A stretch of DNA of 64,000 nt from Octopus sinensis (Eukaryota): the NCBI RefSeq assembly GCF_006345805.1, contig NC_042998.1, forward strand, positions 119,722,001-119,786,000, read 5' to 3'. Both the position numbers and the translations under genes were made by a program. This document shows positions 38,901-51,445 of this stretch, piece after piece. The notes under the pieces were generated by a model. That model made no database searches. It was not told the origin of the DNA and saw nothing but the letters and a program-made list of their open reading frames with translations. Numbering within the stretch: the stretch's first letter is position 1; the number at the start of each line of letters is the position of its first letter.

Positions 38901-41900
38901 TTTATAATATATAACTGATCTACACTGTTACCTGAGTATTTATATAACTTCTGTACTAAATTCTTCTTTTTCAGGTTCGAGGAATTGGTTATTGTGGCTT
39001 CTATCGTCTTCCCTTGCCAGATAGCACCGAAGAAGCCAAAGTTGTCAAATCTAAGAAAAAAGAAAGTGGATCCGAAGATAAAAAAAGTGATGGTACTGCT
39101 GATGAAACTGCTAAATCTGAAGTAATTAGAACAGTTTCAATTTTATTCATTTCTAATCTTTCAATTGATAGAATTAGCTGAGTGGATTAGCATCAGAGAT
39201 TGTTCCATTGTCACTTAGGACAGAACAGTATGCAGATAGAAAGTATGGGGAACAAGCTTTGGGTTGTCTGGGAATGTTGTTTGCAAAAGACTGGTGTCTT
39301 ATCCCAAGATTTATCTTGTTGTTCATTTGATGCTAATGGATGTGATCTGAGGGCACAATCAGCAACTTTCTGTATTCTATCATGGTTAATTAGTGCAATT
39401 TATTCCTTTAAGATTGTTAAAAAACTTTTTATGTATAGAGACATCCACATTTCCATCCAACTACAATTATTGTTATTGTTTGGTTGCTATTTCTAGTAGA
39501 TCGTGCAGCCATAGAAGTACCCTCATTGGCTCTTTTGTTTTCCAGTAGGTGACAACAGTTTAGTGGTAATAGTTTAGCAAATGTGGTTGCTGAATAAACT
39601 GAATGTGTTGATATTGTATCTTTTGTACAGTGATTACCATGTAAAAATATATGCTCTTTGTAAACAATTTTTAGTCCTAATTTTTCTAAGGAAAAACATG
39701 GCTGTTACAGTTTAATTCTGATCCCCTTTAAACTTGAATCCTTGTATTCGTGTAAAAGTATGTTTTCGCTCCTGTAGCAGGTACCAGAGAACAAATGTCT
39801 TTGCTTCACATACCTTTTCAACAATGATTTGGATAGAATTGTGACCATTTCATGCATTCTCTCATAATTTCATTTCCCCCTCCCCTTCAAAACAAAAGCA
39901 TTATAGGTCATCAAGGAAGTTTCTACATATGTTCTTGACCTGCTAGAAATAGCAGCTAAATCTCCTAAACGTCAAACTACCATATTCTCAAAAAATTACA
40001 TTAGATAAATTAGCTTTACATCTACTGGTCTGATTAAAATACAGAAATGATCTCAGCTGAATGCCTTTACTTGTTGCTCTGCTGAATAAGGACTGACCAA
40101 GGATTAAACAGCAACATCAGAAGAAAATAAAATCCCTAAGTACCTCTGTGAAAAATACTTGAACAGTGGTTGAATGACAGACATACTACAGTTGTCATCC
40201 AAGCTTATCAATTCATATCCCACTTTAGCTGTTACATTAACTCATTAGACAAGATATTCAACTCTGCTTCAGGATTAATGCCTTTTCTTTCATTTAGCCT
40301 AGTCACTGGGAAATTTGGGGGGGAGTAATGTGAACACATTGGCACTTTTGGTATCTGTGAGACTATTGTCTCACACAACAGAATAAAATTTGTGTGTTTC
40401 TTTGTTGTTTTTACTGAGCCACCCAACACAGTCCATGGTGTAAATTACCTGAGACCATTTTATTTATTTTGTGTTGTCCAACATTTTTTAATAATCTTTT
40501 CAACCCCACCTCTTTTTTCTTTTTTTTGTTCTACTCCTTTTTTAAAATTATACAATATTATATAAGCTTCAGATTTAGTAATAGCAAATCCAAATTATTT
40601 TGAAATACAACTAAGAGGTGGACTTTGAATAGACTGTTTCAATTTCCAAGTATCTAAACAATGTCAAACAGCTGTACTGGAAGCAGTGATTTCTAGAAAG
40701 AAAATGAAACAAAGGCCTTTAAAATATTTCTCTTCCAAAATTTTGAGAACAAACTGCATCTCATCAGTCATCTTCATGATTAAAACCCATGGATTATTTA
40801 CTTTGGTTCATTCCACTTGAAGTATTTCATATAAGAACTAATTGCTGCACAAAATGTAAACAAAGGGAAGAGGATAAACTGCACGAAATTAATTATTTTT
40901 GTCATAATGATAAGTGACATTTAGTAAGCTATATAATATCATATTGACTAATAACTCATTTTATGCAGTTATATTTCAATAAAATTTAAATGATTTTCAA
41001 GTTTTACCTGTAATTAAAGTAGATTTGAGACAAAAATTCTGGAAAAGATTTATGTTAGAACCTGTTGCTAAGTCATTTGAAACACTTGGGTGTATTTTAG
41101 TTAGCAATATAGTAACAAAAGGGTTAAGATAGAAGTTTTTGAAAGATGTTTTATTTTGTTTGTTATTTTAATATCAGGATGCTGGTGAGAACGGTAGTGA
41201 TGAGAAAAAAGATGATGGCGATAAAGCCACTGATGAAACTGAGAAAAAGACCAGGAAGAGAAAGTCCACTAAAGATGATTCTAGTAAGACAGCTAAAAAG
41301 TCAAGGAAAGCGAAGAAAGGTGATTAAATTGGTGTTTTTTATAAAGTCTAAGGTGTGTTTAATGTCAGTGACCATATTAAATGGTTTCTGATAATCATGC
41401 TGGATTTCATTTTAGAAGATTTAAGATACAGTTTCAATCCCATTAACACCTTGGACATGTGTAGCCTTGGGTTAACCAAAGTCCTGTGAGTTAAATTTAG
41501 TAAAGACAAGTCCATTGGATGTAGGTGGGGTTGCAGAATCGGTGCATCGTATAAAAATAACTTGTGGTATTTTCTTACTTCCCTTTAAGTCCAAGTCAAC
41601 TTTGCCTGTCTTCCAACCAATCAACAAAAAGCCTTGTAGGTGGTACCTCAGTGTTGCTGTAGTCTAACGATTAAAAGCAGTCAATGCATAAAAGAATGTG
41701 AACTCATGGTTTCCATATTTAAAAATGTGTACATTCTGGTAACTAATACACTCAGCTATTTCTTCATTTGATTCCTTTAAAATATTGCTCCATTTATGTA
41801 GTTACATTTCCTCCTGTTACATCTCATTTTGGATTTGATGAACATGTTTGTTCTTCAACTTAGCTGCCAAAACTTCTGTTTTATTATCAAACTGTCCTAG

Positions 41901-44900
41901 AGCTTTAAATATTTGGCAGTAACCAAGATGTCGGAGCACTGCTGAATTGACACATCTTTCATTCCTTTTTGGTGGTTCATGTCTTTGGAATGAAATGTTG
42001 CCAGAATAATATATATTTAAACAAATGCACCAATAGAGAGCAGTGTCTCTATTAAACTAAATAGTTATTTAAACTGGAATAAGTTCAGTTGTTGAGGTGA
42101 TAAATAGTTCCAGTACTTCTATCCAAATATATAACAGAAGACAAACTCATTAATTTGTTGATAGTTGCTATTTGTTACTGTTTTGTTTCTAATTCATGAA
42201 AACGTTTACATATATGTGTTTGTCTCATGCACATCACAATGTAAATTAGAACTGAAATAAATTAAAATATATTTACACACATAGTTTTATAATGTTAATT
42301 AGATGACTATTAAAGATTAGACTGCTGATATATTTGTAGCAGTACCCTCACTGATTAATAGTTTTGAGTTAAAATATGTTGTCTTAAAAGATCAGCATAT
42401 GTTTAGTTTATAACTAATAACATAATTCTGTTGTGCAGGAAAAAAGAAAAAGAAGCCAAAACATAGTACAGAGCTGAAGATTGAAGACACATTTCCGCTA
42501 GCCATTACTTTCATGTCAGAACCTAAAGAAGCATCAGTGTCTCGGATTAAGCGTTATATCCAAGACTTTTATCCAGATGTCAATGCTGAAGTGAGGTAAG
42601 ATTAATTAATTTAATGAAATTATTAAAAATTTTTCTTTGCAGTTACAGCAAGTTCAAGAGAGCAAGAGAATAAGTATGATTCTTGTTAGTGAAGATTGAC
42701 TGGATTTAATTGATTTTTCAATTGACTTTTAAGTTCAGCTTAAGCTGTGAATTTCCCTTGAAAAAACAAGAAGTTACAACATCCCATTTTCCCTGCTCCC
42801 TAAAAGTGTAAGAAAATAATATCCTAATAAATATTGATACATTTCAGAACGAAAGCTTAATTAGTTTATTTTGAAATGTATCAATATTTATTTGGATATT
42901 ATTTTCCTTATTTCACTGTTATGGTAATTTCTTGATATTATCAATTATATTTGGATATTGTTGGAGCAAACATTTTCTGTATCTATCAGCTGTATTGTAA
43001 GGTTAAAGTTTTTTCTTAATTAAATATGTTTTACCTTGAGGCACAATTCAACAGCCCCTATGAAATAACCTAAGTGTGAAATAAAAGGATATATGTGTAT
43101 CTTGACAAGAAGTAATTTTGTTTTTCAAAATATTGTTGAATATCTAAAACATCTGCAGTTACAAGGTTTTTCCAAGCTGGCATGGGTTGGACAGTTTGAC
43201 AGGACCTGGCCAACCAGAGAGTTGTCTGTTTTGGTATGGTTTTTCACAGCTCAATGCCCTTCCTAACACCAACCACTTTACAGTGTGTGTTGGGTGATTC
43301 TTATTCCCTCCACAAATCTTAGTTACAATAATATTTCACAGATAATTAGATAACAAATAATAATTATGCCATTTATTTCAACAGCATATCAATAATGTGT
43401 AGTATGTCTGTTTCTCCATGTAGGTGTGGGTTGGACAGGTCTTTTTTACAGTCAGATGTCCTTCCTGATACCAACTCTTTTAGTTGTCCTTTGTGCTAGC
43501 ATGGAAAAAGTGTGTTTATTCTAAAATTCAGGATATACATGATCTATATATATGTGTTATTCATTGTCAGGCTAAAGAAAGCTCTAGAAAAAGGTGTTGA
43601 GCGAGGATTATGGGAACAAGTGACTGGAACAGGAGCTTCTGGAACTTTCAGACTTCTTATTGATGAATTCAATCCTGGAAAATGTGAGTAAATAATTCAG
43701 ACTTTATTTATCTGAGACTCTTTATATCATTGTACTTTCTGATATAAAAGTTATAAAAGTTGATATACTTTATTTAATGTGTACATATTATATATTGTTT
43801 CTATATGTATGGCCAGTTATCATACAGCTTTGATAAAAAGTTATTTGCCAGTTTCAGCTGCAAAAATGAAATGTCAGGAATATAGATAATTTATGTATAC
43901 AAGCCCAGTATTTCTAATAAAATCATACTGCTTATGTGTTTCAATTAATTCTGAAAATAATCATGAATTTAAAGAGATTTAGTAAATTAACTTTTTCATT
44001 ATTAAGCTAGTGCTTGGAACTTAACTTAAAAATAAAGTTCTTAAAATGAGATGTTTTATACCCATAGTATCAGGTGGATTTACATAAAAAAAATGATTAA
44101 CACTTTATTTAATTGCTGAACTTGTTTCAGTGTGCAACTATCAAATATAATCAGTAATTTTTTAATGTTGTTTATCATTGGGCCAGCTGTTTTCAAGCAA
44201 ATCTGTGGTCAGAGCATTCAAGTTGTGACCCTTCTATCATAGGCCTACTTAGGTACGTTTGAAGGGAATTTGACAACTATTTCTAGCAAGGTTGTGAATA
44301 ACCACATGGAAGTTCTTTTGTTGACTTAGAGTGTGCATCATGTTAATTATTTTGATGCTATACATCTAAGTTCAATCAGCACAACAAATGTTTGGTGTTT
44401 CACAGAACTAAGAAGATATTCATTGATATATGAACTATATTTCTCTGTTGTTATTGTTGTTTAGTACCAGTTTAGCTCTGATTGGTTAAAAGTATTCCAG
44501 CCATGATCTCATGCTGCCTGTTTTTTAGACATATTGTATCTAGGACTACATTATACAATGTGTCCTTCCTGTTTTTAAGATATAAAGATGTAATTTGAAG
44601 GAATTTTGCCTACTATTTCTTGACAGTAGAGTGACTACAAGAAAGCACTTTTGTTCAATATAGTTTTAAAATTTCGTGTAGTAACACTGAAAGAAAATGC
44701 TTTCATGCAATGACTAAATCTCTGTTATGTTATTTATCATTCAGGTGAAACTGTGGAAGACATGGTATGTCTGGCAATTGTTGCTACTCATGAACCAAAA
44801 CAGGCTTCTGCTCTGTTAATCAAGCGTTATGTGCAAGAGTTTCATCAAGATTTCAACATTGAGACCCGACCACATCTGTTTAAGAATGCAATTAGTAGAG

Positions 44901-45626
44901 CTGTTAAGAAAAACATCATCAAGTAATTACTGTTTCTTTTCACTCTATTCTGTGTATACTTTTGTGCTGTACTGCTGAATTGCATTCCATCTAATCTCTC
45001 TTCTGTATTGAAGTCATTTTGAAAGGTATGATTATTACAACTGCTATTTTGTCAGTGCAAGAAATGATGAATCAGTCTGGGATACATGTGGTGTGCACTT
45101 GTGTATGGCTGTGTGGATGCAGCATGGTTGAATTGTTAAGAAATTTGCTTCACAGTCATACAGATCACATAGTCTTATGATGAGTCTGCCTGAAAATATG
45201 TTGTGAGGAAATGTCTGTGCAATACCAACTCCTTTACACCATAATGTAATGAGTATATTGTTCAGTTCATTGAACAACATCAAAATTCAATGTTGAAATA
45301 AGTGAAAATCCTTTTACTTTTGCTATAATTAATGTAGACTTATAAAATTATGTTTTTAGCTGTTTGTTGCTTAATATACTAAAAGGTCATTTTATTTCCT
45401 TTTTCTAAGGCAATTATCTGGTATTGGTGCCAGTGGTACATTTCAACTATTACTACAATATGGACCGTCCCCTGCCATGTTGGCTGGAAATCAAGAGGCA
45501 GATGATGTTGGCCAGGGTAGCAGTGACGATGATGAACCAGCCGAACAGTATTATGTCCGACCAACCAAGTCTCGTGGCCGAGGGCGCGGTGTTAAAATGA
45601 TTATTGGCAAGAAAGCCAAGCGATGA
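30310..45626 (+). CDS. HP1BP3: HP1-binding protein 3-like chromatin protein (RFX-like winged helix + 3 H15 linker-histone domains), 10 coding exons, 568 aa
   Basis: Hand-spliced join(30310-30638,31110-31233,33130-33297,34714-34845,38975-39121,41178-41319,42439-42595,43571-43683,44745-44922,45410-45626) = 1707 nt. All introns are GT..AG, phases are consistent, there are no internal stops, and it ends in TGA. Domain 2 (KIEDTFPLAITFMSEPKEASVSRIKRYIQDFYP...LKKALEKGVERGLWEQVTGTGASGTFRL) closely resembles vertebrate HP1BP3 H15 domains as I recall them (EPKEAS, GxGASGTF). Confidence 0.9.
31110..31233 (+). CDS. HP1BP3: HP1BP3-like coding exon 2 (RFX-like: WLDDNFEERDSTSISMLILYDYYAETCQLDASKVVDIPNFKK)
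   Basis: ttttag acceptor, AAG|gtaata donor, frame continuous with exons 1 and 3. Confidence 0.85.
31430..31479 (+). mobile_element. 50-bp extreme 5'-truncated RTE insertion
   Basis: cccatgctagc...gttaaacgacgacgatgatgat flanked by the 13-bp TSD attcattgttcca (31417-31429, 31480-31492). Confidence 0.85.
32309..32835 (-). mobile_element. RTE 3'-UTR copy with tandem units (intronic)
   Basis: (CAT)n tail plus homology to 14682-15100. Confidence 0.88.
33130..33297 (+). CDS. HP1BP3: HP1BP3-like coding exon 3 (IVRQKFGKG...LKMKDIIDEALKESGNP)
   Basis: ctag acceptor; donor CCT|gtatcctttt (U12-type); 56 codons, phase 0-0. Confidence 0.85.
33298..34713 (+). other. U12-type (minor spliceosome) GT-AG intron, 1416 bp
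   Basis: 5' splice site GTATCCTTT; branch-like TTTTACTTAAC at 34691-34701, about 12 nt before the AG; no polypyrimidine tract. Confidence 0.85.
34714..34845 (+). CDS. HP1BP3: HP1BP3-like coding exon 4 (H15 domain 1 core: KKGVRFHWLKQYIGAKYP...LLKVALERGV)
   Basis: cag acceptor preceded by a U12-type branch site; TTG|gtaagt donor. Confidence 0.87.
35195..35750. mobile_element. Old RTE tail (+, 35195-35432) and a SINE (~35445-35750) interrupted by a younger RTE tail (-, 35504-35655)
   Basis: Homology to other RTE tails; short acatc duplication at the nested insertion. Confidence 0.65.
36490..37416 (+). mobile_element. 5'-truncated RTE LINE (ORF C-terminus + 3'UTR + tail), decayed
   Basis: RIAWAKFRELL...LHGSETW...; colinear with 63220-64000. 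Confidence 0.9.
37577..37946 (-). mobile_element. HINE/DINE-1-like non-autonomous Helentron element
   Basis: Subterminal inverted repeats acctcc(a/g)...ggaggt at both ends, an internal palindrome acctccactttcgctaaggcggaggt, a terminal hairpin and a (caaa)n microsatellite. Confidence 0.55.
37955..38140 (-). mobile_element. tRNA-derived SINE (same group as 16696-16928)
   Basis: Inverse of B box (ggatttgaactc) and core (aggcaaagttggcctc). Confidence 0.7.
38290..38770 (-). mobile_element. CpG-decayed RTE 3' end with internal duplication
   Basis: ggcttgat(g/a)agtcttctcaagca occurs twice (~38503, ~38640); ORF end at 38690-38770. Confidence 0.8.
38975..39121 (+). CDS. HP1BP3: HP1BP3-like coding exon 5 (VRGIGYCGFYRLP wing + charged linker)
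   Basis: Polypyrimidine tract + tcag acceptor; GAA|gtaatt donor; 49 codons. Confidence 0.87.
41178..41319 (+). CDS. HP1BP3: HP1BP3-like coding exon 6 (Asp/Lys-rich linker)
   Basis: atcag acceptor; AAG|gtgatt donor (phase 1); purine-rich open frame. Confidence 0.82.
42439..42595 (+). CDS. HP1BP3: HP1BP3-like coding exon 7 (H15 domain 2, first half)
   Basis: gtgcag acceptor; AG|gtaaga donor; encodes KIEDTFPLAITFMSEPKEASVSRIKRYI. Confidence 0.9.
43571..43683 (+). CDS. HP1BP3: HP1BP3-like coding exon 8 (H15 domain 2, second half)
   Basis: gtcag acceptor; T|gtgagt donor; encodes LKKALEKGVERGLWEQVTGTGASGTFRL. Confidence 0.9.
44745..44922 (+). CDS. HP1BP3: HP1BP3-like coding exon 9 (H15 domain 3)
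   Basis: ttcag acceptor; AA|gtaatt donor; encodes VEDMVCLAIVATHEPKQASALLIKRYV...RPHLFKNAISRAV. Confidence 0.9.
45410..45626 (+). CDS. HP1BP3: HP1BP3-like coding exon 10 (QLSGIGASGTFQL, acidic patch, RGRGRG basic tail, stop)
   Basis: Pyrimidine tract + taag acceptor; TGA at 45624-45626. Confidence 0.88.
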
Positions 45627-46141
45627 AATCAGAACTCTTCATCTTTCCTATTAAAGAGTGCCACTTGTCAGTCGTTTCAGATGATATAAAGAAATCAGTA
45701 TACATACATATTACATGATGCCAACCACATTTTTTACATACTCATCCTGCATCAGGTCACAATCATTACATCTGGCTTTACATGTTGTCACCATCTCCAC
45801 GTTTCTCAGTTGTCTTAGAGCCATTTTTCATATTTCCTACTCAGACACTCAATCTGTGTGTGTGCGTGCGTGTGTTTAAGATTACTTTTAATCCCCACCC
45901 CATTTTGTCAAACAATCACATGAAACCAACAATAAAATATATTCTGTCTTAAATGTATATGTTTTGTAAAAATAATTCTAATTTCTATTTAAAACATAAA
46001 ATTATCATTATACTCCACACATACACATCCCCTTTATAATCTCAAATTTAAATTGCATTTATTTATGTTTGATTAACCATCATATTCTGATGGTTTTCTG
46101 TTTATTTTGATCATTGATTATGCTTTCTTTTAAATTTGTAT

Positions 46142-46147
46142 AATAAA
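46142..46147 (+). terminator. Candidate polyadenylation signal AATAAA (alternatives at 45931 and ~50840)
   Basis: AATAAA about 520 nt after the stop, followed by T-rich sequence. Confidence 0.35.
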
Positions 46148-48867
46148 ATATATACTTGGTTTATGTAAAAATCTAATCTCAAGTTATAGTTTTATTCCAA
46201 ATTTCAAAGTCTTTTTGATCTATTGAAAAAAAGACTTTCATTTTTTTTATAAAACTATTTGAAGAATTTTGTGTGGTTTCAAACACTAAAACTTATTATT
46301 CATGTTATTAGTATATCTTCATAACTTTTTAACTGATCATATTAGCAAATTTAGTGAGTACTACAAATCAGCACATAGTTGTAGAGAGATCAATATTGGT
46401 TGAGTAGCAGACAGTGAACGAAACATTGCAACTTTGTATATTTAACTTGTTTGTGCTTTGTTTTATATTTTTAGTGGTTTATATCTGGTGAGGTGATCAT
46501 GTAACATATATTTTCATGCGATAACTTTCACTGCATTCTCTCTCCTTCAGTGACTACTTTTTTATCTGTCGCAATCACTGGTGTGTATAATTTATGGAAA
46601 TGTTTTAAATGGTGTATATGAATCAAGAATGTTGAATATATTCCTTAAACTATCATAGAAAATAAATTTTCAGTTAGAAACGAAAATGTTTCTTTTAAAA
46701 AAAAATATTTAAAAAAAACATAAAATAGTTACTGTTTTGATTGTTTCAAAAGCTGTATCAGTTATAGTGTTTATATTTTAGTTGTATTCTTTTTTCTAAT
46801 TTTCCTTGGGACATCTTTGTAATTAGTATATTTCTCTAATTAGGCAGAGGTAAGGGATAGTTTTGTAGAAAGATCAAATAACGATCTCAATGTTATATAT
46901 AACTATTACAAGTTACAAATGCTATTCAGTTCTTGTGGGCCTAAAATATGCTAGGAATTGTCAGAACTATATAAAATAATGTTTTATCCTCATGGCAAAG
47001 ATATTTTATTCTGTTTGGCATTAATTATGATAAATTACACTTCCCTCTAAATTTTACTTCTAGGAATTATTTGGCTTTGAAATGGTTTTTGTTCTGATTT
47101 CTAAACTAAATTAAATGAAACACAAACAGGATAAGAAAGTTAACATTCATTCATAAATATGGAAATTTTACATCTTTGGATTTAAAGAACATATATCAGA
47201 TAGACGAAAGAAGTTATAAAATGTGATCCAGAAATAGTCAAACCATTATGTGAGTGAATCCCTCCTACATTTTTGTGTACTGTACACACTGTTCCATTAA
47301 ATATGGTCTGAATGGGAGTGATAAACAACAATAATTATTATTACATTTATATATTTTTCTAAGAGTAACACTAAAAAAAAATATGAATTTTACCTGGAGC
47401 AACTGGTTGATGAATGATGCTTGAATGTCTTCTATTAGAAATATCTATTCATTGTAATAATATTTTATTGCAACAAAATGTTTTAATGGTTATTTAGAGA
47501 TAACTTTCACTTGTTAGATTTGCTTAACTGTATTTTCATAAAATCTCAGTTGTTCCAATGTATAATAAACATAGTGAGTGTTGTTCAATGGATATAATCA
47601 TTTCATGGTTTCCATTTTCAATTTATTTCACTTACATTAATATAAATCCTCAGGAAATGCATGAATGTTACACCTTATCTTGTTTTCCTTATAAGATATT
47701 AATCTTAAGCCTATCTAGAAAATTAATAATAATAATAATTAAAAATAAAAGAAATAGAATAAAATCAAATAATTATGAGAGATATTTTTATCAATGTGTA
47801 ACTGATATGAAATTGGGGTTTATAGCGAGGGTTTATCACATAAGTAGTGTATGAAACCAAGGTTGAAATTTGTTTTCCATTTTTGTGAAATATTTTTTGC
47901 AAGATATTTAGCAGATGCTATTTAATAGATTGAATTTATTTTTTTATATTGTAAGATGAAAGTTTGATATATTGAAAAGTAATAAAGCATATTTCTAAAT
48001 GTTTTTCAACATTTTATTTGGTCTCCATCTATTCCAGCTATCTCCTTAACAGAACCCTACTGCTCCTACACTTTATAATTTCCTGAGTTAAATTAAGTAA
48101 GCTATTTTTAATTAGCTCATTAGAACGTTTTTCTGCTGAGTATTTACTTCTGTGTCCATAGGAATCTGAGTTTTTTTTTCTGTGAGAATAGAAAAAGTTT
48201 TCTAAGACTGAAAATAGGGTTAGCACAATTCATAGAAATTTTCTAACAAATTGTGACTAGAATACTTGTGCTGTGATTCCCCCAGTGTTAGCTATATTTT
48301 GTTGCCGTATGATCTTGAAATTATGTTTATGTATTATATGTGTGTGTCTTTCTCTCTCTACAGTTTTTTCAACTCTCATGCTAATAATGTTAATATTTAT
48401 TAATACTAATTGTCTAAAATCTTTGGATGTATATACAGTTTAATTTTAAACTCTCCATTATCAACTGACTTAATTATAATAGATCAGCACAGTCAAACAT
48501 AATTTTGACACATTAAAAAATATGCTCTTATACAAAAAAAGTCTGGTCAGTTCAGATGTTATATAACTTTTTAACTGTGCATCATAAATTAGTTTGCATT
48601 AGTAAATAATCAATTAGAAAATGATTGATCTGCAAAGTATACTATTCACATAGGAACAGGATTTCAATGTCCACTGCTGAATCTATGTTAAACAACCATA
48701 AGAGAAACTCATCTCTTAATTCTCTTTGGAAATTTCTGAATTTGCCTTAATTTTCTTGAAATACCACTCTATTTTGTCTTGGTCATTTGTTCTCATTTAC
48801 TCATGGCAAAAACACTTGTAGAGGTTATATTTTCTTTATCGAGAGTCCTATGTTGTAATATATATAT

Positions 48868-48914
<47 letters not shown>

Positions 48915-51445
48915 CATATATATATATAACATTCTTGCCTTAAATTTGCAACTGAAAACAATTAAAATCTTTGGAGTGTGTATAAGGGAAAGGCCAAATA
49001 CATATAATATTATTTCATATCCCTTTTAAAGATGTATATAACAATACAAACTGAGAATTTTCTCCTAACCTCTCTTTCTTTCTCCTTTCTTGTTTAATTT
49101 TATATTTTGATGAATGAAGTTTGTTCAATCATTTTATCAGGGTTGGAAGAGAAAAAAACGGACTTTTTATTTCTTTATTTTATTTTGTTTTTGTAATTGC
49201 CAAAAATTACATCTTATGACTTTGTGTGTTTGGTGGGAGAGAGAGAAATAGAGAGATAACAGCTCAGTTTAATAATATAACAACCCTTTGAGAGTGGAGG
49301 AACCCCCTCTCCCCACAACATAATATCAATTTAGTCAGTTTGTGTTTATCATATTTACATTATTATAACTGGTTACTTCACCTGTGTTCAGGTGTCAGAT
49401 ATAGCAACAATTTTCCTTCTATCTTAGTTATTTTATATGGAATTTCTTATTTCTCTATAACTATCAGCTCATAACCATCTTTTCTTGCAAATGTATTAAT
49501 ATTTCTATTGAAGATATGAGTGGTGCTTTGTAGCAAGGTTAGCTCCTGGCTAGCTACAACAGTGAACCAGTTTGAATTCTTGCTTGAAATCTATTCACTT
49601 CTTTGTTAATGTCTCCTTGGGAATGACATGAACTTCTTTCTTCCTCTAAAATAGGGCCTCTGTGCCTAGTCAAAAAGAATCCAGAATTTAATTTTTAACT
49701 TCAAGATTGTATTCCTGAAATACTTCCCTTTGACAGAGTTTCTACTCAAATCATGTTTAGTTTATATTTTACAGTTGAAATATGAATTGTTTTTTATTTC
49801 TCAAGTATTTGGCTGTAGTTTAATATATATATATATAGAACATTCTACATTTGTAAATGCTACATTTCAAGAAAAAATGTCATAACCTCTGACAGTTTTA
49901 TTGCATATATTCCCTTGATATGTAATATATACATATGGAAACCAGTATATGTTATAATTGTAATATGTACAGATGTAAATCTATGATTATATTATAGTTT
50001 ATTGTCTTCAGTTACATCCATTTTGGTGTTACTTTTTAAGTTGATTTCTTGATTTTTATCAAATGTTTCATATGTGTGATGGAATACAAATAGGATGAAA
50101 TGTGTATAAGAAGTTGTATTACATTTTAAACAAGAGGCAGTTCTGTGTCTGTGTGTATGGATGGATGTATGTGTGTGTGCCTGCGCGCACTAAGTACAAT
50201 TTCAAATCCATACCTAAATGTTTCATAACAACCAACATCACATTGAAGTGACTGCAATCATAATATATGCATGCATACTCATATACAAACATACATACAT
50301 ACACATTATTCATTTTTTTTTTTTGTTTCATTTCAACATGAAATTAAATTAATAATTTCATGTTGAACTAAAAACTAAATATTAATAAACTATAATATAT
50401 TTGGAGTTCCTTGGGTTTATTTATATATATATATATTTGTTTTGTTTTTTTTGTTTTTTTTTCTGCTTGATTTTTTTTCAAGCTTAGTTTTCATTTTATA
50501 TGAACTGACTTGTGAGAGTTTCTAGATTTACTTCAAGGTATAACTCATGGTTAGAGTTTACGTCTTTTCCAAATGAAACTACTGTTTGGAAATGATAGGC
50601 AGTTGTTTCCTAAATTAACAAAGCAATCAGACATGTGCCTCAATAAAAATAAAATAAAAAAGAAAGCAAATGAAAAATTCTTCTGCAGATGTGCTTTGAA
50701 GTACTAGTTAAAGAGCAAGCCATTGTTTTCCCTTTCACAAAACAACTCTGCAAATGGTTAAAATAATAGAATTTTGTTCTGAAATGTATATTTTATTTAT
50801 TTATTATCATCATTATTATTTTCATGTGAATTTTGAGTGAAATAAAATTTATTTATAAGCTGACTGGAAACAGTTTCCACTAGTTGGACTTATCATAATA
50901 TTTAGTGGGGAAACATATGAAATGTATTATTTTCAACAAAATATGTGTTTGTTGCTTTCAATAATTGTGGAATTTTGTAGGTTGTCATGTAAACCGGATC
51001 AACTTGAGTGGAAATAGATTAAGCATAGATTTACTGTGCACTAATAAGATTGATATTTTCTTCAAATCTATGAATGCATACACGTTACTGATAGTGTAGG
51101 TAGCTAACAGGTCAATAGTTTTTATTTTGTCACTAATATTGTTGTGTGCTTATGGCCAAAACACTAAACTGTTATTGCTTCAAGTCAATAAAGGAGCATC
51201 TACCTGATTAATTGACTTGCTAGAAATAACAGCTGAATCAGTAACAAATAACAACTTTCCATCTTAAGAGGAAGGAAACATTGGGTAATGTAGTTCTAGT
51301 TGCATACATCTGAAAACGAGATGCTCAATGCTAGAATACTTTTGATTGTAGGTCTGCTCAGTTAGAGCTGACTTGAGGCTAAACAATAATTCTTACATGT
51401 AGGTTGTGTAAGGTATGACCAGCTCACTGCTGTAAACATTGATTA

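Noticed and set aside
41146-41391. 81-aa ORF in the track
   Set aside because: Overlaps exon 6 in a different frame; the spliced frame is DAGENGSDEKK.
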